Assembly (NCBI GenBank): GCA_048938855.1
Contig: JBHLLT010000004.1
Location: forward strand, 121,497-185,496
DNA length: 64,000 nt
Reading direction: 5' to 3'
Source of the DNA: Promethearchaeota archaeon
GTDB taxonomy: Archaea; Asgardarchaeota; Lokiarchaeia; Sigyniarchaeales; SOKP01
The translations under genes and the position numbers were made by a program. Position 1 is the first letter of the stretch. Each line of letters opens with the position of its first letter. Shown piece after piece: positions 50,193 through 60,264 of this stretch. The notes beneath the pieces are model-generated. The model saw only the letters and a list, made by a program, of their open reading frames with translations. It did not search any database and was not told the DNA's origin.

Positions 50193-50338
50193 TGAAATCA
50201 GAGTAAAATATAATTATAAAAAGAAATCTAAATAATTACTTAATTTTTATGGAGATTCTATATGTGTTAATTCAAAATTTATTATTACAGTTTAAAATAT
50301 GGGACGTCGATAATACTTCAGATTTTCACTAGTGTCAA

Positions 50339-51064
50339 TCATTTTAGAATTACGTGTTTTTCGATAACCCATTTATCTACAATGAATTTTTGAGTAGTCT
50401 TTTTTTCCGTCACATTATATTCACTATGGATAGTGCTTTTTGGAATCCAAAATTCTTCTCCAGAATCTAAAGTTATTAACAAAGCCTTGGGACTGTCTAC
50501 TTTAATTATAGCTTCTATTTCAATAGTATCCCTCGAAGCGCTAAATTCTGTAGTTTCAACGATGTGCAATCCATCTCTAGCTGTGATGTGTTCTGAGAAA
50601 ACACCGTATTCACTTTCCTCATCAACAGTTTTCTTTTCAATTGTTTTTGCCTCAAAAGTTCCACTTGTAGCATGCTCAATTTTTTCACTTAAGATATGAC
50701 TCAGCATTAAGGTCAGAAAATTTATGTTTGGAAATCTAAGTTTTTTCTTATATTCTCCTACTTTCACTTGTAAAACCTGACGAGATTCATCCTCCCATCC
50801 TACATAAATATCTGTTTTTCGTTCCTTAAAAACGTGATAACCTCTCCAATTTGCACTCCTTCTATGAAGAACTTCTAAAATACAGATAATTTCTTCAATT
50901 GATAATCTTACTGTCTTTCCCTCTCCTTCAGTTGATTTCTCCCAAGTTCCATCTTCTTTTCTATTAATAAAACTTAAGAAAATATATGGTACTTGTTTTG
51001 ATGGACTTGTCACTCTAACGCTCGTCTTTTGACCATAAAAAGTTTTCGTATGAAAATCTGCCAA
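50339..51064 (-). CDS. hypothetical protein
   Basis: 241-aa ORF; C-terminal SPKALL..FWIPKS small beta domain. Confidence 0.75.
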   Translation of the reverse strand: MADFHTKTFYGQKTSVRVTSPSKQVPYIFLSFINRKEDGTWEKSTEGEGKTVRLSIEEIICILEVLHRRSANWRGYHVFKERKTDIYVGWEDESRQVLQVKVGEYKKKLRFPNINFLTLMLSHILSEKIEHATSGTFEAKTIEKKTVDEESEYGVFSEHITARDGLHIVETTEFSASRDTIEIEAIIKVDSPKALLITLDSGEEFWIPKSTIHSEYNVTEKKTTQKFIVDKWVIEKHVILK

Positions 51065-51247
51065 TATTATACACTTATGAGTTAATAGGTTAATAATCTT
51101 TCAATTGACTAAGAAAATTATAGTAATTCAATGATTTAAATCTGATTAATAAGATTTCTTTTTTTTTTTTAGATGATAAATAGGTAAAAGTTTTATTAAG
51201 TTTGATTTTATATAACCCTAAATCAATTAATTTTCTAGTGTATTTAT

Positions 51248-52006
51248 ATGGAAAAAAGAAATGATAAATCCAATGAGAAAATTGAAAAGAGAATTAGCGT
51301 TACTAGTTCAGGAGATTTGCAAGAATTCGATGAACATATAAGTATTATGGGATCTTCTAAAATCTCTGGTGGAAAAACACATAAATCTTTACGAGTATCA
51401 GGTTCGGGAAAAATCAATGGAGATTTAGAATGTAATGGTCTTACTTCATCTGGTTCTTTAACAGGATCTGGAAATTTAACATCTCATAGTGATATTAGTG
51501 GTTCAGGTTCGTTCAATATCGCTGGATTTCTTTATGGAGATCAAAATGCTGATTTTGCTGGTTCTACTCAAATAGGTAATCTCGTTAACATTCAAGGTAA
51601 CTTGATTGCTTCAGGCTCTTTTGAAGCAGGACATTTTGTTAGAGCTGAACAAGGAATTGAACTTTCCGGCTCTTCTGAAATAAATGGAAATCTTTCTTCT
51701 GAGAAAAGTATTAGGATTGATGGCTCAACTAATATTGCGGGAAATGTAGTTGGAGAAGATATTCTTTTTGGTGTCTCTGAAGGCACTAAAAAAAGACAAC
51801 ATTATAAAGTACATGGAAGTTTATTAGCCAAGAATAAAGTTGAAGTTAATAAAACCCATATCGATGGAGATGTTAAAGGGAAAGAGATATTTGTTGGTAA
51901 AGGGTCAGAAATTCTCGGTACTATATATTATGTTAATAAGATTGAAGTTGATAAGAAGGCAAAATTAGCTAATGAGCCCTCACAGATTCGAATTGATGAA
52001 TTATAA
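51248..52006 (+). CDS. bactofilin-like beta-helical polymer-forming protein
   Basis: repeated (V/I)SGSGxIxGxL units. Confidence 0.75.
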   Translation: MEKRNDKSNEKIEKRISVTSSGDLQEFDEHISIMGSSKISGGKTHKSLRVSGSGKINGDLECNGLTSSGSLTGSGNLTSHSDISGSGSFNIAGFLYGDQNADFAGSTQIGNLVNIQGNLIASGSFEAGHFVRAEQGIELSGSSEINGNLSSEKSIRIDGSTNIAGNVVGEDILFGVSEGTKKRQHYKVHGSLLAKNKVEVNKTHIDGDVKGKEIFVGKGSEILGTIYYVNKIEVDKKAKLANEPSQIRIDEL

Positions 52007-52043
52007 TCTTTAATATTTAATTATTTACTGAAATCAATTTTTA

Positions 52044-52349
52044 TTACATTAATTCAATTTCTACGAGAACTGATTCAGGAATCTGAATTTTCATAATAAG
52101 ATGCATACTGCGCTCATTTGCAATAATCTCAAAAAGTCTTTTATGAATACGCATCTCAAATTTAGCCCATGTACTGGTTCCCTGCCCACTAGGAGCTTTC
52201 ATAACAGGTACACGCAGTCTTTTTGTAGGAAGAGGAATAGGTCCATTTTTTCTGATACCCTGACTAGCACAAACGGATTCGATCTGTCCGCATACGGATT
52301 TAAGTGCCTCTAATTGAGTAGATGATAACCGTATGCGTGCTTTCTGTAT
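52044..52349 (-). CDS. rps10: 30S ribosomal protein uS10, ATA start (missed by ORF track)
   Basis: (M)QKARIRLSS...GPIPLPTKRLRVPVMKAPSGQGTSTWAKFEMRIHKRL...VLVEIELM; GGTGAG SD. Confidence 0.95.
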   Translation of the reverse strand: MQKARIRLSSTQLEALKSVCGQIESVCASQGIRKNGPIPLPTKRLRVPVMKAPSGQGTSTWAKFEMRIHKRLFEIIANERSMHLIMKIQIPESVLVEIELM

Positions 52350-52449
52350 GTTTCACTCACCTATAGCAATAGTATTTAAAATTTATGGTTCTTGCTTAAA
52401 TTTTATGGTTTTTATAATTATTACTCGTAAATAAATTTTTTTATCTAAT

Positions 52450-53583
52450 CTAAGAAATCCCTAATAAAAATTTGTTCCCCAAATGCACATTTTTTAAATA
52501 TTTTTTTGCAATATCTAAACTTTTTAAAGCTTGATTACGAGGTGTAATACCTAAATCCCTCATTTGATAATCTCCATGAAAAATTAATAGACTATAAGGG
52601 ATTTTAGGATTGATATTGTTAACAAATTTAGCAATCTGCTCGACTTCTTCATGATTTGTATATCCTGGAACCATCAATGTACAACCACTCATTTCAAATA
52701 AGCCTTTCCGTGTTCCAAAATAATTTTCCGCAAGAAATTTAAAGTTCTTTAACGTTCTTTTATTACTTATGCCACATAAAGCAAGATTTAGTTTCTCGTT
52801 AAAACTTTTTAAATCGATTTTGATATTTCCTCCTGTCTTAATTGCGATTTGCATACATCTTTCAAGCCAATCTTTATTAGCACTTCCGTTGATTTCCCAG
52901 CATATTCTCATAATTCTCTTTTTATCATTAATTTTATCGAGAATTGTTTCAGCAAGATTAATAGTGAATGGTAACTGCGCTTCGGGAGTACCTCCAAAAT
53001 AACAAAGACATGTGATCTTCTCATTTTTAACTATTTGATTAGCTAATGTTTCTACATCAAACAAATTACGTTTTGAAAATAGTTTGTGAGAGGCATTCTG
53101 GCAAAATAAGCAATCAAATGTACAACCATATAAAAAAGCAGCATAACTATAAGTCCCTAATTCAGGACCATTATAATTTGAAAATTCGGGATAACCAAAG
53201 GAAGTTCCTGCTGGGCAAAACCATCCATTACAACAATTTGTTGGATTGGGATCTATATACCCATGGATATACCCTTTCGATTTTGAAGGATATGGCAATT
53301 GACCAGATGTTCTTAATTGAATATTTCGCAACCCGCAATAGCTAACATCATTTTCAGAAAGTCTGCATTCATTAATACATAAATTACATCTTAATTTGAT
53401 ATTTGGTCTTTCCGCTTTTGGGGGTTTTTCTGGAAGTTCTACAAGCTTACGTACTTCCCTATGAACGTTCAATATATGTGGTTCAATTATACTCCAGTCT
53501 CCTTTTAGAATACATTTTCGACAAACTTGAAGAACCTCTGAAATTACCTTTTCAGATTTTCCGCAAAATTTACAGACTCCCAT
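52450..53583 (-). CDS. radical SAM protein (PFL-activating-enzyme-like)
   Basis: GCTFDCLFCQN, FGGTP, IDLK. Confidence 0.88.
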   Translation of the reverse strand: MGVCKFCGKSEKVISEVLQVCRKCILKGDWSIIEPHILNVHREVRKLVELPEKPPKAERPNIKLRCNLCINECRLSENDVSYCGLRNIQLRTSGQLPYPSKSKGYIHGYIDPNPTNCCNGWFCPAGTSFGYPEFSNYNGPELGTYSYAAFLYGCTFDCLFCQNASHKLFSKRNLFDVETLANQIVKNEKITCLCYFGGTPEAQLPFTINLAETILDKINDKKRIMRICWEINGSANKDWLERCMQIAIKTGGNIKIDLKSFNEKLNLALCGISNKRTLKNFKFLAENYFGTRKGLFEMSGCTLMVPGYTNHEEVEQIAKFVNNINPKIPYSLLIFHGDYQMRDLGITPRNQALKSLDIAKKYLKNVHLGNKFLLGIS

Positions 53584-53787
53584 AATTACATAGACTTTCT
53601 ATAATGAAAATATTGTTGATATTTATTTTTTTTATAAGCAATATTACAATTAAAATAGAGTAATGTTCTGCTTTTCTTTATTTCTGTAGATCTCAAAGAA
53701 TAATTAAAATTTGATACAAAGATTTAAATTATTATCAAATCAAAGATAACTATTACAAAATTTGACAAAAATATAGGTAGACATTAT

Positions 53788-54897
53788 ATGTGGAAAAAAA
53801 CAGCTTATTTTTTTCACCTTATCTTATTATTGACTTCTGTCATTAGCATATTCCTTTTCTCAACTTCAGTGCTAATCAATAATAATATGAAAATTCTTTA
53901 TGATAATTCTATTAATGTAAATGATTTAAGATCGAGTGACCCAGATATAACTATTATTACTCCTGAAAATAGGTCATATTCCCACCCAATGAATGGCTAT
54001 TATCCTGCAACCTTTGGTTTTGAGGATGAGGTTGATGGTACGTCTCGAACAGATATAAGATATGTTGATAACACAAATGCAATTCAATCTAACTGTTATG
54101 TGGATATTCAGAATAATTATCAAGGACATATTAAAGTTTTAAGAGTATATGATGGAAATACCGCCGGAAATGCTGAAGCTCAACACTATTTTACCTCTAA
54201 TCATACATCTGGGACCATTGAATGGTGGTGGTGTACTGCGATGGGGGGATCAGGCGCGATGTGGTATCATTTTCATGAGGGAACAATGGGTACCATAGCA
54301 GGATCCCTTGTAATGGCAAATGGCGAATTTCGAGATATGGATGGTAATATGGTTCAACTTATTACCACTAATCGATGGTATCACCATAAATTAACCTTCA
54401 ATACAGCTTTAGATACATACGATTGGTATATAGATAATGTATTAATGGTACATGATGGAAATTTTACCACACCAGTTAGCAATATTGGAAGTACAATTAT
54501 AAAAGGTTCCTGGGCAAATAATGGATCTTGTTATGTGGACGCAATTAGTTATTCATGGGATCCAGATTATACTCTAGGGGATAATCTAAATGTAGGATTA
54601 TTGCTTAGTTTTGACACTAGTTTCACTCCAGATTGGCTTGGATATTCCTTAGATGAACAAACTATTAGAACTATATTTGGAAATTATACATTTCCATATC
54701 CTCTGGTTAATGGAAAGCATTCAATACAAGTCTTCGGGAATAATACAATAGGAACAATGTATCAATCGGATATTAGATATTTTACAATAGGGAGTTCACC
54801 AACAATCCCTCCAGGAATACCCGGATTTGATGTACTCTTAATATTAGGCACTTTAAGTATAACTTCAGGTATATTAATTAAGAAGAAATCCAAGTAA
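53788..54897 (+). CDS. surface protein with ConA/LamG-like domain and C-terminal PGF-type sorting anchor
   Basis: signal peptide, SGTIEWW, RWYH, PGIPGFD plus TM and KKKSK. Confidence 0.75.
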   Translation: MWKKTAYFFHLILLLTSVISIFLFSTSVLINNNMKILYDNSINVNDLRSSDPDITIITPENRSYSHPMNGYYPATFGFEDEVDGTSRTDIRYVDNTNAIQSNCYVDIQNNYQGHIKVLRVYDGNTAGNAEAQHYFTSNHTSGTIEWWWCTAMGGSGAMWYHFHEGTMGTIAGSLVMANGEFRDMDGNMVQLITTNRWYHHKLTFNTALDTYDWYIDNVLMVHDGNFTTPVSNIGSTIIKGSWANNGSCYVDAISYSWDPDYTLGDNLNVGLLLSFDTSFTPDWLGYSLDEQTIRTIFGNYTFPYPLVNGKHSIQVFGNNTIGTMYQSDIRYFTIGSSPTIPPGIPGFDVLLILGTLSITSGILIKKKSK

Positions 54898-54990
54898 TTA
54901 TTTTAGATCAAATTTTTTTTTTATAATTTATGAGAATATGATAAACTGGATTATATTATAATTATTCCTGCAACTTCCAAAATCCCATTT

Positions 54991-55650
54991 TTACTTCTTT
55001 TTCTTTAGCATTAAAAAAGTTTGACCCGATTTCTGGTTAGGATTATTTTTAACCATAAATCCTTCAAAAGCGTTATTAATAAATGATTTATTAAACATTT
55101 TTAATTCTTGATCATCCTTAGGATAAAATTCTATAACAATTCTACCATTTTGTTTTAAAATATTGCTCAGATATTTACTTGTATCATTTATAAGTTTCAC
55201 TTTTTCACCAAAATTTTCCAAGCCATATGTGATAAAATTGTAAGACGATATTGAAATTATATGATCAACTGTATTGACCCTAATAGGTAAGAAATTAATA
55301 TCTGCTAAAATTAATTCTAAACTTAAAAAATCTTTTGAAAGCCTTTTTTTTTGTCGGGCTTTTGATAACATATCATTTAAGATATCTATACCTACCACTC
55401 GAAAGCCATGTTGAATTAAAACTTCTGAAGAATAGCCCGTTCCACAACCTAAGTCTAAAATTAAATATTCCCCTCCCATTTCAATTCCAGAATTATTCAT
55501 ATCATTTAATTTTTCATCGAAAAGATATTGTAAAGTTAAGAAAGTAGTTCGCTTTTGGTTGCGTTCCATCCATTTTGAACTATCGTATTCTTCCGCTTTT
55601 TCCTCAATATAATCGTCTGGGAAAATCGGAAGTTGATTTTTTCTTACCAA
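54991..55650 (-). CDS. class I SAM methyltransferase, Bud23/WBSCR22-like
   Basis: ILDLGCGTG, IISISS, VIEFYP motifs. Confidence 0.75.
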   Translation of the reverse strand: MVRKNQLPIFPDDYIEEKAEEYDSSKWMERNQKRTTFLTLQYLFDEKLNDMNNSGIEMGGEYLILDLGCGTGYSSEVLIQHGFRVVGIDILNDMLSKARQKKRLSKDFLSLELILADINFLPIRVNTVDHIISISSYNFITYGLENFGEKVKLINDTSKYLSNILKQNGRIVIEFYPKDDQELKMFNKSFINNAFEGFMVKNNPNQKSGQTFLMLKKKK

Positions 55651-55756
55651 TGATGATCACAAATGTAAAAATCATTTAAGTTTATATAAATTATAAACTC
55701 AATATTACATAAAAAAAATTAAATGTCGTTATAAGACAAAAAAAAGGATTTGGGAT

Positions 55757-56152
55757 TTGGTTATGGCGAGAAAGAATACCATCCTCATTGTTGATGATGA
55801 ACCTGATATTGTAAATCTTACCGAGAAATTTTTAAAATTGGGGGAATTTGACACAATTACAAGTAGTAATGCGAAAGAAGCGATGAAGGTCATTGAGGAA
55901 AGTTATGATAAAATCGCTCTTATACTTCTTGATATTATGATGCCTGGTCGAAGTGGGTATTCTGTATTGGAGGAAGTAAAAAATAATGAGAAATACAAGG
56001 ATATCCTTGTAGTTTTATTTACTGTTAAAAGTTTCAATGAAGACGTTCAAAAGGGAAAAAAGTTGGGCGCTGACGCCTATATAACTAAACCTTTTTCTGG
56101 TAAGGAACTTTTGAACAGAATAAAAGAGATTTTAGGGAATAATAATCATTAA
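55757..56152 (+). CDS. stand-alone response regulator receiver protein
   Basis: ILIVDDE, LLDIMMP, YITKPF. Confidence 0.92.
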   Translation: MVMARKNTILIVDDEPDIVNLTEKFLKLGEFDTITSSNAKEAMKVIEESYDKIALILLDIMMPGRSGYSVLEEVKNNEKYKDILVVLFTVKSFNEDVQKGKKLGADAYITKPFSGKELLNRIKEILGNNNH

Positions 56153-56274
56153 ACGTTTAGTTTTCTTTTTTTTTTCTTGATTTATTTCCATTAAACTAAA
56201 AATTTTTATATCACTTGAGCAAAATATCTTCACCTAATTAATTTAAAATTAAAATACAAATAGAGTTAATTATA

Positions 56275-56952
56275 ATGGTATATGAGGCAGAATCTGATAA
56301 GATTCCTTTGTTTAAACAATACTTTTCTGTAATCATATTAGCTGCAAATATCATAGTATTTATTTGGCAATTATTAGATCCTACTCAAGGAATGCGTATT
56401 ACTGAAGCTGCATTTGTCCCCGCTGAATTTTTTGCTGGTCAAAAATTATGGACGATTATAACATCAATGTTCATGCATGGAGATATTGTTCATATTGTCA
56501 TGAATATGTGGTTTTTTATCATCATAACAGATAATTGTGAACATGCAATGGGTCATATTTTATATTTAATCACTTATTTTGTATCGGGATTTTTTGGTAC
56601 ATTATTGCATGCTTTAAGTACTTTAATTTGGCCACCTTTAGCTACTATTCCATCGTTAGGTGCTTCTGGAGCGATATTTGGTTTAATGGGTGTTTATCTA
56701 ATATTATATCCAAAAAATAAATTTTATTTACCCTCCGCTTCAGGCAGTTCAATGAGAAAAGTGAATGCGGGTTATTTTATCCTCACATATTTTATAGCAG
56801 AATTATCATATGCTCTTTATTCGTTAATTGATCCTTTTAGTGTTGGATCAACGGCACATTTTGCCCACGTGGGAGGGTTTATTGCGGGAGCTATCATTGC
56901 GGGAATATTTAAAGGTGTAAAAGGCACATCTTATAAGAAGAAAAAACCCTAA
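56275..56952 (+). CDS. rhomboid intramembrane serine protease
   Basis: HxxxNM, GASG, AHVGGF. Confidence 0.92.
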   Translation: MVYEAESDKIPLFKQYFSVIILAANIIVFIWQLLDPTQGMRITEAAFVPAEFFAGQKLWTIITSMFMHGDIVHIVMNMWFFIIITDNCEHAMGHILYLITYFVSGFFGTLLHALSTLIWPPLATIPSLGASGAIFGLMGVYLILYPKNKFYLPSASGSSMRKVNAGYFILTYFIAELSYALYSLIDPFSVGSTAHFAHVGGFIAGAIIAGIFKGVKGTSYKKKKP

Positions 56953-57050
56953 TTTCTTCATTTTTTATTTTTATTTTTTATAAACTTTTTTCAGTAATGA
57001 GTTATTTAGAACCTTATTAATATAGATTGAAATCTGAAGTGTAAGATCTA

Positions 57051-58439
57051 TTGGAAAATTGGAAATCTTTAATAGAAAATAGAGAGTTAATTGTAAGTGT
57101 TGTAGGTATAGGGCGTATTGGATTACCTACAGCATTATTGATATCAAATGAAGGATTTAAAACATATGGGATTGATATTGATGAAAAATTAGTGGAAAAA
57201 GTAAACATAGGAGGAGGAAATCCTCCAATACCATACATAGTAGATGAACCAGAACTTGAAGATTTACTAAAAAAAGCTATATTAAATAATAAGTTGAAAG
57301 CAACAACAAAATTTAGAGAATTTGTTCCACTCTCGAATTTTATAATCATTTGCATTCCTACGCTCATAACAGAACAAAAAGTTCCAGACTATAGTGCCAT
57401 TAATGAAGTACTAAATCAAATAGGTTTGTTGAAAACGAAATTAGAAAGTAAAATTATTATCTTCGAATCCACAGTAGGTCCAAATTATATTGAAAAAGTA
57501 GCAATTCCATTTATTGAGCAAGTCTCAGAATTAAAAGTGAATAAAGATTTCTGGATAGCTTCTTGTCCTGAACGTGCGAATCCTGGAGATATTATAAAAA
57601 GTCTAACCACATTTACTCGAATTGTAGGTGCAAGCAATAAAGATACTCGCAATATTGTATCGAATTTTTATGAAACTGTTTTCAAAGTGGATATTTTTAA
57701 AGTTACTAATATCCGAACAGCAAATTCAGTTAAGCTTATAGAGAATATTTTCAGAGTTGTAAATATAGCATTTGCAAATGAAATTGGTCAATTAATGAGG
57801 AAATTAGACATTGATTATATGGAAGTGTTAAAAGGCGCAGCAACAAAGTATAATTTTTTATCCCATTTTCCTGGACCAGGTGTTGGAGGCCCTTGTCTCC
57901 CTAGTAATCCGTATTATCTTATTGATGATGGATATAAAGTCTCATTTACTCCAAATCTAGTGAGAGCTGCCACGGAAGTAAATCAACGACAACCCTTCCA
58001 TATAATCGAATTGATTTTTGAGGGTCTTAATAAAATAAATAAAACAATTGCAAATACAAAAATAGCGATATTAGGTATTAGTTATAAAGCAAATGTAAAA
58101 GATATTCAAATTTCTAGTGTTATACCTATTATAAGTGAATTGCAAAAGAATAAAGCGATAATAGGAATTTATGATCCCTACTACAAAGAAGAAGAAGCAT
58201 TAGGGTTTAAAATTGAAAGAAATTATGAATTTATAAAACAGGAATACCCCATGATTATTATTCACACTGATCATAATGAATTTAAATCAAAAAATTTTAG
58301 AGAGTTTCTTGGTGTTTGTGAGGATCTTGAAGTTATTGTAGATTGTCATAATACTTTTGAAGATGGAGAGATCCCTAACAATATTTATTATTTCGGGGTT
58401 GGGAGACCAATGAAATATATAAATAAGGAAAAAAGTTAG
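57051..58439 (+). CDS. nucleotide-sugar dehydrogenase (UDP-glucose/UDP-ManNAc family)
   Basis: GIGRIG, ESTV, CPER, KLIEN, GPGVGGPC, GISYK. Confidence 0.92.
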   Translation: MENWKSLIENRELIVSVVGIGRIGLPTALLISNEGFKTYGIDIDEKLVEKVNIGGGNPPIPYIVDEPELEDLLKKAILNNKLKATTKFREFVPLSNFIIICIPTLITEQKVPDYSAINEVLNQIGLLKTKLESKIIIFESTVGPNYIEKVAIPFIEQVSELKVNKDFWIASCPERANPGDIIKSLTTFTRIVGASNKDTRNIVSNFYETVFKVDIFKVTNIRTANSVKLIENIFRVVNIAFANEIGQLMRKLDIDYMEVLKGAATKYNFLSHFPGPGVGGPCLPSNPYYLIDDGYKVSFTPNLVRAATEVNQRQPFHIIELIFEGLNKINKTIANTKIAILGISYKANVKDIQISSVIPIISELQKNKAIIGIYDPYYKEEEALGFKIERNYEFIKQEYPMIIIHTDHNEFKSKNFREFLGVCEDLEVIVDCHNTFEDGEIPNNIYYFGVGRPMKYINKEKS

Positions 58440-58462
58440 AAAGATAATTGTTTTACTTTTAC

Positions 58463-58522
58463 CTCAGAATTCGTGCGGAATTCACTATTAAATCCTAACG
58501 TTTTTTGATTTAATTTGTTGAG
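58463..58522 (-). promoter_or_regulatory. SECIS-like element 4 (variant without AUGA/GA core)
   Basis: CUCA-ACAA-AUUAAAUC-AAAAAACGUUAG-GAUUUAAU-AGU-GAAUUC-CGCAC-GAAUUC-UGAG. Confidence 0.65.
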
Positions 58523-58530
58523 ATTTTTAA

Positions 58531-58668
58531 TTATTTTTTATTTTCTTCTGCTTCACTTAATTTAAGTAGTCTTTGCGCTCGTTTATACCACATATTTAAC
58601 ATGCCTCAACTTGTATTATAGCAATCATCATCAAACTCTAAATCTAGATAATCTTCTTTATCTTCCAT
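58531..58668 (-). CDS. putative soluble selenopeptide 6 (45 aa, TGA at 58606-58608)
   Basis: MEDKEDYLDLEFDDDCYNTS-U-GMLNMWYKRAQRLLKLSEAEENKK; AGGTGG SD; element 4 follows. Confidence 0.7.
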
Positions 58669-58815
58669 TATGTATAACCACCTAAATTCTATTTTTCTCA
58701 AAATAAAGAAAAGATATTAAAGTAGTGTTTATAAAAAATAAAACCTTAGATGAGAGCAAGAATATTTTATAAATACTTTTGGAGTTGTAATAATTTCCAA
58801 TAAAAGTGGATGAAT

Positions 58816-58882
58816 AATCTCAAATTCTTTGCGGAATTCATAAGAATAGATCCTAGCATTTAACGATCTTGTTCCTGAGATT
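58816..58882 (-). promoter_or_regulatory. SECIS-like element 5 (variant)
   Basis: AAUCUCA-GGAACAAGAUC-GUUAAAUGCUAG-GAUCUAUUCUU-AU-GAAUUC-CGCAAA-GAAUU-UGAGAUU. Confidence 0.65.
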
Positions 58883-59040
58883 TATTTATTTGATTTTTGT
58901 GTGTTTTTTTTCTGTCTTCTTTTTTTTATACCTCTTATACATGCCATTACACCATCAATGATACCTCAACCAGTACAATGAAGATCATCTTGGTATGAAA
59001 CTAAGACTTCCTTGTCCATTCTATTTTTCCATTCTGACAT
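58882..59040 (-). CDS. putative soluble selenopeptide 7 with CxxU motif (52 aa, TGA at 58966-58968)
   Basis: MSEWKNRMDKEVLVSYQDDLHCTG-U-GIIDGVMACIRGIKKRRQKKNTQKSNK; element 5 abuts the stop. Confidence 0.75.
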
Positions 59041-59189
59041 AGTTCTTATATTTTCTAGCTTTTATTAGAATAAAAAACAAGTAAGGAAATAAATATATTT
59101 TGATTATAGTTTTAAAGCACTTTACCATAAATTTTTAAAAACAAAATCTAACTTTTATTTAATTTACATATTTCAGAAAAGTGATTTAG

Positions 59190-59867
59190 ATGCTATTTCA
59201 ATATTGGACCGTAATCGAAGTTTTTTTTAATTGGGTTGCTGAATCTGCGGCAATAATGATGGTTTTAAGTGGGGCAATGGCTATTACTTGGTTTGGATAT
59301 GAAAGAAAACGCAGGGGATCTTTTACTAAAAGGAAGGCAGAAGTAGAAAAATTTGATGTAACTAAATTTTTAAGAGGAATGTCTTATTTAGGGCTTATAC
59401 TTGGTGTGTTTGTAATATGGAGTGGAGTAATGGGTTTAATTCTGGACATACCTCCCAGTTTTGCATATCGGGATGTAACTGAAAATGGAGCAAACCACTT
59501 CACATGTATATTTTTAATTGTGATTGGAATTGCTATGTTTTTTAAACCAATTTCAGATTTACCACTTTCTAGTATTCTTGGACTTTTGGGAGGTGCAGCA
59601 GCAGCAATCATTATCGCGCTTCTTGTTCCAGATGGTGTAGTTCAATGGATAGGTGGTTTTATCAATCCCAAATGGGTGCTTATGATAATTTTTATCATAG
59701 TCGCGGTAGTGGTGGGGCTGACTGCTAAATTTTATATAGGTACCCTTCAAAAAATATCAAAATTCCTATCTTGGCCACCAATTGCATTTATAATTATGGT
59801 TTTTTGTTTTGTCCAAGGATTCTGTTTATGGATTGGTGGATTTAGTATCTTTGCTAACCTTCTCTAA
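59190..59867 (+). CDS. polytopic membrane protein
   Basis: about 6 TM segments; GTGA SD. Confidence 0.8.
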   Translation: MLFQYWTVIEVFFNWVAESAAIMMVLSGAMAITWFGYERKRRGSFTKRKAEVEKFDVTKFLRGMSYLGLILGVFVIWSGVMGLILDIPPSFAYRDVTENGANHFTCIFLIVIGIAMFFKPISDLPLSSILGLLGGAAAAIIIALLVPDGVVQWIGGFINPKWVLMIIFIIVAVVVGLTAKFYIGTLQKISKFLSWPPIAFIIMVFCFVQGFCLWIGGFSIFANLL

Positions 59868-59982
59868 AATTGAATTTTCATTTTTTTTTAATTTTCTTTA
59901 TTATTTCAAAGTAAGCTAGTTTTCATTATTTTAATAAGGGGTAAATTTTTAATTAGGTTAATAACTTGATGTTTATGTAAAA

Positions 59983-60261
59983 ATGGCGGGAATAAAAGAG
60001 TTAAAAGAAGAAGTTTCTGAAATGCGAAAAAGTATGGAACGTTTAACAGAAGAATTACACGAAACCAACCTATCGATTAGAGAATCGTTAGAGACTACCT
60101 CAGAGGCTATTAAAGAAGCAAGTCAAATATTTTCAAAAGCTTTAGAGGATGCAATGGCAAGAATGTCTGATTTAACAATTCAGATGAATATTAGAGACAC
60201 TATCTTAAAAAGTCTCGGTATTGATGGAATGATTCCTGATTTTCTTAAGAAAAAGAAATAA
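59983..60261 (+). CDS. small coiled-coil protein
   Basis: heptad pattern. Confidence 0.7.
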   Translation: MAGIKELKEEVSEMRKSMERLTEELHETNLSIRESLETTSEAIKEASQIFSKALEDAMARMSDLTIQMNIRDTILKSLGIDGMIPDFLKKKK

Positions 60262-60264
60262 AAT

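Noticed and set aside
52101-52313. Plus-strand 70-aa ORF
   Set aside because: Shadow of rps10 on the minus strand
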